From the NCBI GenBank assembly GCA_964016885.1, contig OZ024743.1, forward strand, positions 171,368,001 to 171,432,000: a DNA stretch of 64,000 bases, written 5' to 3'. This DNA is from Eledone cirrhosa. Lineage: Eukaryota. Shown piece by piece: positions 39,336 through 52,126 of the stretch. The notes under the pieces were generated by a model. That model was not told where the DNA came from. It saw only the letters and a program-made list of their open reading frames with translations, and did no database searches. Each line of letters begins with the position of its first letter. The stretch's first letter is position 1. The position numbers and the translations under genes are program-made.

Positions 39336-39699
39336 CTGTACAGGACATGGGCTTTGTCAGATTTTACATGCTCAAGACGCGTCGTATGTCACTACGGTAC
39401 TCCAACGTTACAAGTTTATACCTAAGTTTCTCATTAAGTTGGTGTTTTAAACATAAATTAATGTATGTTCTTACATATAATTATGGTGGAAAGTTTTTAG
39501 ATAAATATAAACACTTTGAAATAAACAGTTTTGTTCCATAGATCCAGGGGTGGCTTTATGCGGTTTGGTACCAAAAGAGTTAAAGAGAAACAGCCAGGGA
39601 GGCTGGACACTGTTGTTGACAATCTAAAAGTCTCTATGTGTATCAATCAACCTGCAAATGGCGCAGCCAGTCATTGGGTTGCCACTTTAGTTGTGCCAC

Positions 39700-40440
39700 T
39701 GGTTCTATCCGTGTTTGGGGTGCCACTCTAGACGCTTTCACAGTCAAGCGTCGTCACTGGTGTCCATTCTCCGTTATGCATAGAAGGGCCTCGGTGTTGT
39801 GTCCTGTCCAGTCTTTGATGCTGTCGGACTAGGATTTTCTTAGACTGCATCTCATTCGCCCTTCCTCAAATATGCCCTTAAGGATGGTTTGAGACAAGGA
39901 GTTACATGAAGATACCAGAAAAGCTCCTGTCATTTTTACTATCGTAAGGAGTGGTTCGTGTCTGCCAGTATATTTGTTAACTTGCTGCCCCATAAAGCTG
40001 TTTGTTTTGATGCTCCGTATACGGGAAGTGCTTGTGCTCGAATGACTGGATTCGTCGTTCAATGTCAACTGTGTGAGTTCAACTTTCACACCCATACAAA
40101 CGGATGATCGAAGTCACTAAGCACCTGTATAGTTTGAGTTTCGTTGGAAAAATAATGGAGTTGCTTTTCTGTGTGACATTCAGTTTTATTATTGTAGAAG
40201 TGGCCAGTGCGAGTCTTGTCAGCATCTCCTTTTGAGATATGCCGTCTTTGGTAAGAGTGGATCCTTGGTGTCCACTTCTTCAAGTATTCCTCTGTTCAGC
40301 ATGATGTTGGTTGCTATATTCTGATTATTACTATTAACCAGAATCCTGCTCTTTTCTAAGCTGATCCCAATTCCGTATACTAACTTAAAGGAACTATAGT
40401 TATTGACATCCACTTCACTCTGTCTGTTAGACGTAAGTAG
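39700..40440 (-). mobile_element. Highly degenerate RTE-clade LINE 3' fragment
   Basis: YGIGISLEKSRILVN...LEEVD; HEPLLTIVK...LSQTILKGIFEEGR. Confidence 0.6.
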
Positions 40441-40739
40441 CTGTGCAGACCTGATTGGTTTTGTTCTTTGTTTTCTTTTCCATTTTTCTATTTACTGTCT
40501 TTATTTCCACTCTCACCAATACTTTTCCTCGCTCTCCAAATTTTATATCTTTTCTATCTTTTGTCAGATCGTGAACAAATCTGAAGAAATAACTGAGAAA
40601 GTTTTGAAGATCCTTTAAACAGTTACATTGAAAAGAAACCTTTATCCATATTCTACCAATATACACTAGATAACGATCGATCAATAGGTGGGTGCTGATA
40701 TCAATATATTCAAATATTTCCACTAGTAAGCAGTTCAGA

Positions 40740-40878
40740 ATATCGTTTTAATAGCAGACAAAATGCGCACGGGACCATAAGTATTACACGTGTGAAGTTT
40801 GAAAAAACTCGGTTGGGTGGTTCTCGAGTTTTAGTGATTGGACAGACAGACAGACATTCTCTGTTTTAGTAATATAAC
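40740..40878 (+). mobile_element. Possible non-autonomous Helitron-like remnant
   Basis: gtgtgaagtttgaa...cggttgggtggttctcgag...(caga)n cattc..tttt resembles short invertebrate Helitron-derived repeats. Confidence 0.35.
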
Positions 40879-40885
40879 ATTATCA

Positions 40886-41242
40886 ATATTCAGTTTGTTT
40901 ACAAACAACCTCATAAAACACCACGTGATAGATGACAACGTCATCCTTTTGTTCCAGCAGTAGCTGAGAGAAAACAATTGACAATTGTTTTGGAGTGTCT
41001 TGCTCCTGGTCAAGATTGTGTATTCTCCATCTGGAACTGCTGAGAATACATATCGGCTAATTAGTCTCATTTGCATACCGAGCAAGTTTACGGCCGGCTT
41101 TGCCATTAACTAAAAGCAAAATTTGTTTTCGTTCATAACGTGGTGGATACCTAAGTGTGTTCGTTAGTGAATAAAAGGATGAAGTTGTTCATGTACCACG
41201 TGGTGTTTTATGAGGTTGTTTACTTGCAAACAAACCTAATAT
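40886..41242. mobile_element. MITE with ~70-bp imperfect terminal inverted repeats
   Basis: tttgttt..aaacaacctcataaaacaccacgtg.ta.atga.caac.tcatccttt on the left, reverse complement at 41170-41242. Confidence 0.75.
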
Positions 41243-41347
41243 GAATAATATAATCTTATTGTTATTTACTCACGAATATATATATGTGTTAATGTAAAAA
41301 CATTGTTGTCCCTGACCGAGACGATGCGAGAGTGCATTTGAATATAT

Positions 41348-44300
41348 ATATTGTTATACTTTGGGAGAGGGTCATGTTGCCAATAAGAAATACAAGCACC
41401 AGTTACTTTCACCCCAATTTATTATAAATTAAATTTATAAATTTAAGAAATTTGTAAATTCCAGTTGGTTGGTTGGTTCCACAACCGGACGGTTGTTCAT
41501 ATATTGTCAAAGTTCCTTCGTCACACATTCTGTGACCTCTTCAGTGACTGGGGATTCTTTTCTTTGTTTTGTGCCTCTCCTTTGTTCTGTCATACGCCGT
41601 GTTGTTTTTCTGTGTGTTGTGTCCTTAGTTTGCGAATGTGTTACATCCGGGTGTCTGTGTGTGTTTTTATTTGTTTATTTATTTGTTTATTTACATGTTA
41701 CTAGTTGGTTGTTTGTTCTATGTGTGTGTGTTTTCCTTTTGTCCTTAATTGTAAGTTGTGATGTTGCTATTCCATTCATGTTTTCTATTTAATTTTGGTT
41801 GGAGTTCATTTATGTTTATTGCCTCTGTGATTTGTCTAAACATTGCGTCTTTTCTGTGTGTAGATTCTATTTTTATTTCTATGTTCTCTAATTTGTCCTT
41901 ATGTCCTATTTTAGCATGTTGGTGGAGTACTGATGATTCTTTTATAACTTGAAGCTCACGCCAGTGTTCATTTAATCGTTCTCCTATACTACGAGCTGTA
42001 TCACCTATGTACACTATATTCTTATCTTTACATTGTCACTCAGTACATCTTATGCTATATACTATGTTTCCAATTTTGCAGTTAATAGTTTACAGATTAA
42101 GCATTTCTTATCTATACAGGGAAGTCTTTGAAAAGGGTATGTATTGCTAATAAGTGTTTTTATGGAGATACCTGGTCTTTCCACTATCTTAATATTATTT
42201 TAAGTTTATCTAGGGCCCTTCTAAATTTGTAAGCTAGTTCACCTCTAGGGGTTGTATTGATTAATATTACACTCTGGTATTTATTGCTATCATACCATGA
42301 GTTTATTCTATTAACCTTATTCCTAGTTCTCTCTATTCTTTTCCAAAATTTGCTCCTATACAAGGGACAGGTGCCATTTGTATCATTATTTACCATTTTT
42401 TCCCATTTGGTTCTGGCTCCTCTATATACTCTGATTTTATCTCTCTGATTGTAACCAGAGAACTGCAAACGGTGGATGAAATGTTGTCTGTGTCTCTCTA
42501 GTTCCTTGGGGTTGCACATGCGGGACACGTTCCTCATCACCCGTACTAAATCCGCAATCAGTATTGATTTTGGTGTGATCTGAAACAGCTGAGTTTCGGT
42601 GGATCAGGTATTTGGAAGTCATGGGTTTGGTATAATGGGAATGGAGGATTTGTTTTTTGTATTAATGGTTTCTAACCATAGCACTGTGTCTAGTACAGGT
42701 AATTGATGGTTGGGGTGTTTGCCTGGGTAGTGTATAACAACAGACACACAGACACAAACAACGATAACAACAACAACAACAACACACACAACAATAATAA
42801 CACACACATCCTATGCCTCTCACCACCACCACAATCTTAACAGACACACAGACACAGAAAACAAATAATGACAGTAACACAGCGGTTAGGGACGGTAATG
42901 GGATTGAGAGAAGAAGGAAGAATATTGACACTGACAGAGAAAATAACCAGGACGAAGACACAGACACACAAAATAGACAAGATAATAACAATGAGCCAGA
43001 GCAAAGAGATTAGAGTAACAATGAGAGACATAGAAACAACCATGAGGCTGTTGGTGGAAATAGAAATAGAAACAACAACACAACTAACTATAGCAATAGA
43101 ACACACAACGCAGCCTGGATTTCTAATTTTTATAACCCTTCCGCTATGTCCTTCGACTTACGACGAGTCCACGCCACGAGTTTAGCTTTTAACAAACACA
43201 CGCAATTGCCGTCGCAGGTCAATGAACAAACAGAAGCACAATTTAATATAGCTAGATCTAAACTTAGAAATATTATAGAACAGTATAGCAAGAAACAAAA
43301 TAGAATGGAGGCCCAGCAACTGGGAGAAAAATCTGCAAATGGCTTGCGTAAGCTCATGCAGCGCTCACGTAATCGAGAGATTGCATGCTTTCCAACAGAC
43401 AAGTCTGGCAGAATGTCGGTTGACAGACTGTCAAACTACATCCAGGCAATGCAACCCCCACATCACTAACACAAGAGAAGTAACACCACAAGAGCATGAG
43501 GATAGGGAGAAAACCCTCAACGCTCATATGATGATGTGGACAAACATAATGCAGCCCAACAAACGGACTGCCTGGAACAATGACGTGCCACCGTTGTATG
43601 GGCTTCGAAAAGACCATACGACGAACAGTGGCCCAGTTACAGGACAACTAACACGACCAGTCTGTAGAGCTAACATTGCTAGTAACTACAGACTTTCCTA
43701 CTTCCTCTCCCTGATCGTACGCCCCATCATTGAAATGTCTCCGGATATATGTGACAGCATGGAGGACCTCCTCAGTAGAATCAGCGAAAATAACCGATCT
43801 AGGGACCTAACAGACTGTATAATAGGTCGTATGGATATAGTGTCCCTATACCCATCCAGTGACGTGGATTTTGCTGTGGAGAATTGCGTAGAAATGATCA
43901 GTGAGAGCAATGTTGAATTCTGTGGGATTGATACCAGTGAGCTGGAACTCCTACTTAAACTTACTTATAATAATGATTATCTAGATACGTATGACCTTAG
44001 CAACCTCTGCCCCACAAGGCCAGCAAGAGGCAGACCACCAACCATTACCTCAATGGCCAAGAAAACCCACACAGAAAGATGGAACGGGTGGATCAGAGCC
44101 ATACGGACCCCGAAAACAATGATGAACTAAAAAAAATGATTGCACATGCGGTGGGGACCAGTATAAAACTAACCCCTTAAGGAACATATGTTCAAATTTA
44201 ATGGAAAAACAAGAGGAGGGAGCAGCCTTTGGTGTTAGCATTGCAGGTAACATAGCTAACCTATTCATGGTATGGTGGGACAATAAACTTAAAGAACAAT

Positions 44301-45829
44301 TAGAAGACAGCAACATCTTAACCCTGATAATGTACTCTCGCTACGTTGATGATATAAACATCGTAGTAAAAACACCCCCACTAGAGAACAGTCAGGAATT
44401 AGAGAAAAACACCATGGAAAGCATCCAGCAAATAGCTAACTCCATCCACCAGCGTATTAGAGTTACTATAGACTACCCACGCAAACATCCCAACCATCGA
44501 TTACCTGTACTAGACACAGAGCTCTGGTTAGAAACCATTAATAACAAAAACAAATACTCCATTCCCATTATGCCAAACCCATGATTTCCAAATACCTGAT
44601 CCACCGAAACTCAGCTGTTTCGGATCACACCAAAATCAATACACTGATTGCGGATTTAGTACGGGTGATGAGGAACGTGTCCCGCATGTGCAACCCCAAA
44701 GAACTAGAAAGACACATACAACACTTCATCCACCGTATGCAGTTCTCTGGTTACAATCAGAGAGATAAAATCAGAGTATATAGAGGAACCAGAACCAAAT
44801 GGGAAAAAATGGGATAAAATGGCACCTACCCCTTGTATAGGAGCAAATTTTGAAAAGAACTAGGAATAAGGTTAATAGAATAAACTCATGGTATGATAGC
44901 AATAAATACCAGAGTGTAATGTTCATCAATACAACCCCTAGAGGTGAACTAGCTTACAAATTTAGAAGGGCCCTAGATAAACATAAACTAAATATTAAGA
45001 TAGTGGAAAGACCAGGTATCTCCATAAAAACACTTATTAGCAATACTTACCCTTTTCAAAGATTTCCCTGTATAGATAAGAAATGCATAATCTGTAAGCT
45101 AAGCCCCCATATTAACTGCAAAACTAGAAATAGTATATAGCATAAGATGTACTGAGTGACAATGTAAAGATAAGAATATAGTGTACATAGGTGACACAGC
45201 TCGTAGCATAGGAGAACGATTAAATGGACACTGGCGAGAGCATCAAGATAGAAAAGAATCATCAGTACCAGCATGCTAAAATAGAACATAAGGGCAAATT
45301 AGAGAACATAGAAATAAAAATAAAATCTACACACAAAAAAGACGCAATTTTTAGACAAATCACAGAGGCAATAAACATAAATGAACTCCAACCAAAATTA
45401 AATAGAAAACATGAATGGAATAGCAACATCACAACTTACAATTAAGGACAAAATGAAAACACACACACATAGAACAAACAACTAACTAGTAACATGTAAA
45501 TAATCAAATAAATAAACAAATAAAAACACAGACACCCGGATGTAACACATTCGCAAACTAAGCACACAACACACACAAAAACAAGACGGCGTAGGACAGA
45601 ACAAAAGAGAGGCACAAAACGAAGAAAAGAATCCCCAGTCACTGAAGAGGTCACAGAATGTGTGACGAAAGAACTTTGACAATATATGAACAACCATCCG
45701 GTTGTGGAACCAACCAACCAACCGGAAATTTACAAATTTCTTAAATTTATAAATTTAATTTATTGGAGTGAAAGCATTGGTGTGTGTTTTTCTTATTGGC
45801 AACATGACCCTCCCAAAGTATAACGATAT
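41348..45829 (+). mobile_element. Penelope-like element with inverted 5' copy (arms ~41348-42737 and ~44466-45829); RT plus C-terminal GIY-YIG, degenerate
   Basis: PTDKSGRM, LYGLRKDH, DIVSLYPS, GAAFGVSIAGNIANLFM, YSRYVDD, NIVYSIRC..YIGDTARSIGERLNEH; ~1.4-kb inverted arms. Confidence 0.9.
45638..45680 (+). ncRNA. Minimal type I hammerhead ribozyme
   Basis: gtca-CTGAAGA-g gtcaca(gaatg)tgtgac-GAAA-g(aa)c-TT-tgac; the left-arm mirror at ~41506-41548 has GAAG instead of GAAA. Confidence 0.7.
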
Positions 45830-45883
45830 CGGTTTCAACACACGTTTTCTGATAAAGAATCTTGCTAAACAAATTCAGAAACG

Positions 45884-45922
<39 letters not shown>

Positions 45923-46045
45923 GGTAAACATTGATGCAATTCAATTCAAGCACTCAATGTACTTTTTCCACATAGGAGTGACGGAGTAAATATCGAATAA
46001 GTAAAAGCGAAGTAGTTTCAGATGTTCAAGTCCTTTAATAATAAT

Positions 46046-46159
46046 TGTTTCTACTTTAGGCACAAGGCCAGCAATTACCCAGTGCATTACTGGTACTTTA
46101 TTTTATCGACCCCGTAAGGATGAAAGGCAAAGTCAACCTCGGCGGGATTTGAACTCAGA
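46046..46159 (-). mobile_element. 5'-truncated SINE with 20-bp TSD in the left arm only
   Basis: TSD tcaagtcctttaataataat at 46026-46045 and 46160-46179. Confidence 0.9.
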
Positions 46160-46179
46160 TCAAGTCCTTTAATAATAAT

Positions 46180-46253
46180 GCTGTGATATATATTTCAATG
46201 ACGACACTGGCCACACTGTTCTGTGTGCGAGTGTGGTGACATCATCAGACAGC
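46180..46253 (-). ncRNA. Type I hammerhead ribozyme (mirror copy)
   Basis: Reverse complement of 47493-47566. Confidence 0.75.
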
Positions 46254-47492
46254 CTGTTACATAATAAGGTTGTTTCCGAGGCAATCCAAATTGAATCGAC
46301 ATGGGAACGGATGAAGTTCGTGCCTTTGGGTTTTTCATCCGTTCCCTTGTGAGTACCAATTCACCCCCACCGGTCTGCGCAAGCGCATGTCCGAAGGAAG
46401 TTGACCATTAGCACCGCAGATTTCAACGAAATTCGCTGTCAGTGGCCCACCTATGCCTTGCCAAAGTTTACTGCTACCCATCGCTACTGTGGTAGTCAGC
46501 CGAAAGCCAGAGGGAATGGGAGGGTGTTAGTTTTTATAGGTCATAATACTACCTTTCACTAAGCGTTGCCAGCAAGACTGACCATCAACTCATAAGGTAA
46601 AATAAACTTAATTCTAGGTACTATGGTTTTACATAGTAAGTTAAGAGTGAGAGTTGGGAATAAAAATTAAAATTAAAGGTTAAAATCCTAAATCAAATTC
46701 CAGAGATTATAAATTATACAATAAAGAATTCAAAAATTCTAAATTCAAAAAATTTTTTTCAAGTGATAATTCCGATTAAGTAAAGATATACATTGAAGTG
46801 AGTAAATAATATGGAGAGAGATGTTTAAGTAATATGTTCTGGGAGGGATTCTAGTTATAAGGTCCGGCACTGCCATTCAATATCTGTGACACTAGAATCC
46901 CTCCCAGAACATATTACTTAAACATCTCTCTCCATATTATTTACTCACTTCAATGTATATCTTTACTTAATCGGAATTATCACTTGAAAAAAATTTTTTG
47001 AATTTAGAATTTTTGAATTCTTTATTGTTTAATTTATAATCTCTGATATTTGATTTAGGATTTTAACCTTTAATTTTAATTTTTATTCCCAACTCTCACT
47101 CTTAACTTACTATGTAAAACCATAGTACCTAGAATTAAGTTTATTTTACCTTATGAGTTGATGGTAAGTCTTACTGGCAACGCTTAGTGAAAGGTAGTAT
47201 TATGACCTATAAAAACTAACACCCTCCCATTCCCTCTGGCTTTCGGCTGACTACCACAGTAGCGATGGGTAGCAGTAAACTTTGGCAAGGCATAGGTGGG
47301 CCACTGACAGCGAATTTCGTTGAAATCTGCGGTGCTAATGGTCAACTTCCTTCGGACATGCGCTTGCGCAGACCGGTGGGGGTGAATTGGTACTCACAAG
47401 GGAACGGATGAAAAACCCAAAGGCACGAACTTCATCCGTTCCCATGTCGATTCAATTTGGATTGCCTCGGAAACAACCTTATTATGTAACAG

Positions 47493-47566
47493 GCTGTCTG
47501 ATGATGTCACGACACTCGCACACAGAACAGTGTGGCCAGTGTCGTCATTGAAATATATATCACAGC
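47493..47566 (+). ncRNA. Type I hammerhead ribozyme with palindromic stem III
   Basis: gctgt-CTGATGA-(acgacact...agtgtcgt stem II)-GAAA-tatata-TC-acagc. Confidence 0.8.
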
Positions 47567-47759
47567 ACTATTATTAAAGGACTTGAACATCTGAAACTAC
47601 TTCGCTTTTACTTATTCTATATATATATATACATATATACATACATAGACGCACACACACCTTTACAATTACACATGCATACACATACAACTATATGGAT
47701 ATATATACACACATATATATCTATATCTATATCTATATATATGCACGCACACATAATGT

Positions 47760-48110
47760 ACATATATACATATACGTACACACAGACACACATATATACA
47801 ATATACCATACACACACGTACATTTATAAACAAGAAAATAAAGAATTAAAAAATTAAAAGAAAATTTAATTTTTTTATTTTTTAATTCTTTATTTTCTTG
47901 TTTTTGTCAACCCCTGTATTTAGATACGTCGCGTGCGCATGCATATGTGCATCTATTTTTATTTTTATCTTTATTTTTATTTTTAATCTTATTTTTAATA
48001 TTTTTCTTGTCTGCTCAACAAACCACCTAACTATATCGACATAAATGTACGAGTGTGTATGGTATATTGTATATATATGTGTTTGTGTGTACATATATGT
48101 ATGTATATGT
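47760..48110. repeat. Nested small inverted repeat
   Basis: 47760-47827 mirrors 48041-48110; 47828-47903 is itself a palindrome (aaacaagaaaataaagaattaaaaaat ... attttttaattctttattttcttgttt). Confidence 0.7.
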
Positions 48111-48131
48111 GTATAGAATATATATATATAT

Positions 48132-49033
48132 ATTCTATTCTAGGGCTGGTGAAATTCCCTAGATCCATGGAGGAGTTCTTTCCAGCGGTCTCTGTCCCTC
48201 ATCATCGCCGCCGTATCCTGCGTCTCCTACAAACCAGTGTCTGTCCTTAGGGCATCGACATACGTTAACCTTGGTCTTCCCCTTCCAGTGTGTCCATGTA
48301 GGGGCTCCCACTGGCGCACTGAGTGCAATGTCAACTTTGGATGTCGGTGAGTATGTCCAGCTAACCTCAGTCTCCTCTGTGTCACTTTTGAGCTGACTTT
48401 TGGGAGGCTCTCATACAGCTCTGAGTTTTTCATCCTCAGTGTATACTGATCAATGTTCAGAGCCATCCTCAGCATTCTCGTATAGCACCCATCCCCCATC
48501 TGAGTGAGTTTCTTGGTCAGTGTCCAAGTCTCAGATCCGTACCGCAGCACAGACTCCACTACAGCAATGAAGAGGCGGATTTTCAGGTCTTTACGTAGGT
48601 CCGACTTCCACACCGATCTCAAGCTGTGGCACGCCGCCCAGGCTTTGCTCTTCCATTGAACCACATCATCTTCCGTATTCCCAATCTTTGTTCCCAAATA
48701 CAGGAAGTCCTCAACCAATTCTAGCGGCTTCCCGCCTACATTAGTGATTCCCTCTGGCTTCTCAACATTCTCTAGCATATATTTTGTTTTAGTCTCATTC
48801 ATTCTCAGCCCCACACTCATCGACACAGTCTCAACCTCCTGCATCAAATCATCTGCCTCCTTCACTATATTTGTCACCAAAACTATGTCGTCGGCAAATT
48901 CAGCATCCGATATCTTTTTCGCTTTAACTCTCCTGCTCTGAGCCGGTGTTACAGTAAAGTCAGAGTCCTGTTGTTTCTCCAGTGCAAGGCGCATACAATA
49001 GACTACTTCGATGATAAAAAGGTAGGGAGCCAA
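48132..49033 (-). mobile_element. 5'-truncated RTE-clade LINE (RT C-terminal half)
   Basis: LAPYLFII, EFADDIVL, GLRMNETKT, FLYLG, YGSETWTL, RLRLAGH, GRGRPRLTYVD; short tandem tail next to (TA)n. Confidence 0.9.
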
Positions 49034-49090
49034 TGTGTGTGTGTATATATATGTCCATATATGTGTATGCATATGTACATATAACTGGCT

Positions 49091-49826
49091 TACCGTTCGC
49101 TGTCTTCAATTTGCAAAGCTGTCTAAACATAATGTTATAACTAATGTAAAATACCTTATTGAGTGCCTAGCTGCACATTCCGATTGCAATCGTTAGCTTA
49201 GCTGCAGCCAGAGCTTCGATTATGCTGTATTTCCATTTGTATTAATATCTCCTAGACTTAATGATTAATTGATTAATTTAATTAGACAATTCTATTGATT
49301 GGTTAATTATTTTTGTTTGTTAAATAACGTCTGGTCGAGAGCTTTATTCAGTTTGTGAAAGGAATTTATTCTTTTGTTCAAATTTTGAATTTTGACCGCC
49401 AATAACGGGGGGTTACCTCCCTTCGGGGAAACCACGTGACTGCCAGCAGAATTTACTGCTAAAATTCAGACCGGAGTGGCTGAGAACGGAAACCTTTTGA
49501 GAAAATGAATCCTCTGTTTGATCTTCCAAAACCAATAACTTGCCCCGCAAGTGGATTTTGATGATTTCGGATTTACAGAAACCTAGCGGAGATATTGTAT
49601 AATATCGACGCGATGGTCCAGGTTTGTCATATTTTCCTGAGTCAGTTTTCTCGTTGCTTTGGTCCCTGTGGGTGGTTTATCGGTCGCTGTCTTCAATTTG
49701 CAAAGCTGTCTAAACGTAATGTTATAACTCTAAGGTAAAATACCTTATTGAGTGCTTAGCCGCACATTCCGATTACATTCGTTAGCTTAGCTGCATCCAG
49801 TGCTTCGATTATGCTGTACTTCCATT

Positions 49827-49831
<5 letters not shown>
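49091..49831. repeat. ~150-bp direct repeats (49091-49241, 49678-49831) around a ~440-bp core
   Basis: cgctgtcttcaatttgcaaagctgtctaaac...cttcgattatgctgta.ttccatttgtat present twice. Confidence 0.85.
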
Positions 49832-49896
<65 letters not shown>

Positions 49897-50280
49897 GATA
49901 TGTGTATGTGCATGTGTATGTATGTGTACGCATGTGTAAGTGTAAGTGTGTATGTATGTATGAATTTGTATTTATACGTATGTGTACATGTACATGTGTA
50001 AGTATGTGAGTATAAGTATATGCATGAGTATATACTTATATATGTATGTGTATATTTATATATATACATATACTTTTTATTATTTTTCCCTTTACATTAC
50101 GTCCGTTATTTTATTTCAGCCTCGCATTCAATTGTTCTAGACTTTGTTTTGAAATCCATATCTCACTCCCATTTTAAATAAATTTTCATTCTGACAACCC
50201 ATTTCAAACGTCTCTGTCAGGCTTGTCTGTCTTCGTAAAACCTTTGGTAAATGAAATAATTAGCTTATGTTTTTTATTAC

Positions 50281-50338
<58 letters not shown>

Positions 50339-50485
50339 CATTTTCTTTTCCGTTTACCAATATATATATATATATATATATATAAGTATTGAAATTTCAG
50401 TTGGAAACAGAAAAGGTCATAGAAATGAAGAGTGCTCTATGTAAATATCAGAGCAAAATTTAATGTATAAAATCAATACAATATA

Positions 50486-50563
50486 ATTACCTCATTACCA
50501 GAGGTTTCCCGAATGAGGCGAATACGAAATAAACGACTTCATTCGTTCGTCAGACGAGGCAAT
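50486..50563 (-). ncRNA. Type I hammerhead ribozyme (mirror copy)
   Basis: Reverse complement of 53364-53441. Confidence 0.7.
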
Positions 50564-51775
50564 ATAAAACATGGGCAAATACTTAGAAAAACACATCAAG
50601 AAAATCAAAAAAAATATATAGATAAATGAAATAGAAATTGAAATATATAAAAATCTATCAAGAAAAATAGTTAGGTGTGTGTATGTGTATGTATATACGC
50701 TCATAGATGTGCATATATGTATATGTGCACGTGTAAATGTATGGTTAGAAAGTGTGCGTAATTATAAAAGTTTAGGGCAAATGTATCTATATGTCTGTAT
50801 TATACAGACGGAAATGGTTACTTCGTAAAAATAAGAAAATAAAGTCGCGCGCATAAAAACGCCTGGACACATACACTAAGATGCGGAAAGAAAGGAGATA
50901 AAGAGAGTATAATAAATAAAAGAAAAGTATCTATTACGATATATTTATAAAAATATAGTAACGATAAATTAGAAAGACAAGATAGAAAGAAAAAATTAAA
51001 GAAAACAAAAAAAGCGGGGGTACATACATACACAGACACGCGTATCTCACAAAAGAAATGTAAACATAATTATGCTTATATACACACGCTCACTTACACT
51101 TCCATGCGTTCGATACATACATACACACACACACATACACATACTTAAACTCGCGCAATTAAACCTGTTTGCATGCCCATGTATGAAACTGGGTAAGTAA
51201 CAAAATAGGGAAGGGGGGGGGGGAGAAGAAAAAAGAAAAAGAAACAAAAAAATATAAAACCGAAATGTCAAAAACACGGATATAAAGACACTTACACATA
51301 CGCATAATATACACACACACACACACACAAACACCAGTACACACACGCATACATACACGTACATATACATATATACATATATATATACACATACGTAGTC
51401 ACTCATGTACATATGTAAAAAAAGTATACACACATTAAGGCGTTCAGCCATATTGAAATGTGGATAAATAAATACAAATATAAAATTGTAGGATAGGCTG
51501 CGCAAAAATAAAATAAAAATAAAAATGAAAAATATATCTGGATTGAAAAACACAAAAGACAAGTATAATCAGTTAGTAGAGGAACAAGGGAAGTAAAAGA
51601 GGGGGAAGTAAAAAATAGAAAATAGGAAGTGGATCGGAGAATAAAGGGGGGGGGGGGTGAAGAAAAAAAAAAATAATAAATAAATAAATAAAAGTGAAAA
51701 TAAATGAAATTATTGACAAGGATAAGAATGAAAGTAAGTCAGAAAGGGTAATTAAAAAGAGAATAATCAGAGTTT

Positions 51776-52126
51776 ATGGAGGATAAGTGTCTGAAAACGC
51801 GTTATTACTCACATGTCGCATCCTTTCGACATCCAGAAAAAAGATTTACAACAGCTCTGGCTAGCAGAATCTGGGATTTGAAAGACCAAGGCATCCAATA
51901 TAAACTAGATTGGTCAATTTTGAACCAATCTAAAAAATATACTAGAGGAACAAGAAAATGCACGCTCTGCATAAATGAAAAATTTTGGATATTGCAAAAT
52001 CTCAAATCACCAAAGACCTGCCTGAACACAAAGACGGAAATTTTTACCAGTTGCCCACACATGAAATCACACCTGCTTTCCAGCTCATATAAACTTAACA
52101 CACTTTCAGACACTTATCCTCCATAA
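51776..52126 (+). pseudogene. Penelope GIY-YIG C-terminal fragment
   Basis: Motifs as above; the ATG comes from the inverted arm. Confidence 0.8.

Larger units (their letters stand above)
45995..47617. mobile_element. Non-coding fold-back palindrome (~730-bp arms, 35-bp loop), probably an inverted Penelope-like pLTR
   Basis: Arms 45995-46855 (with SINE) and 46891-47617 are nearly identical reverse complements; hammerhead in each arm; (TA)n flanks. Confidence 0.85.

Noticed and set aside
45690-45715. SECIS element (ATGA-stem-GA)
   Set aside because: Stem is only 6 bp and lacks the apical AA motif.
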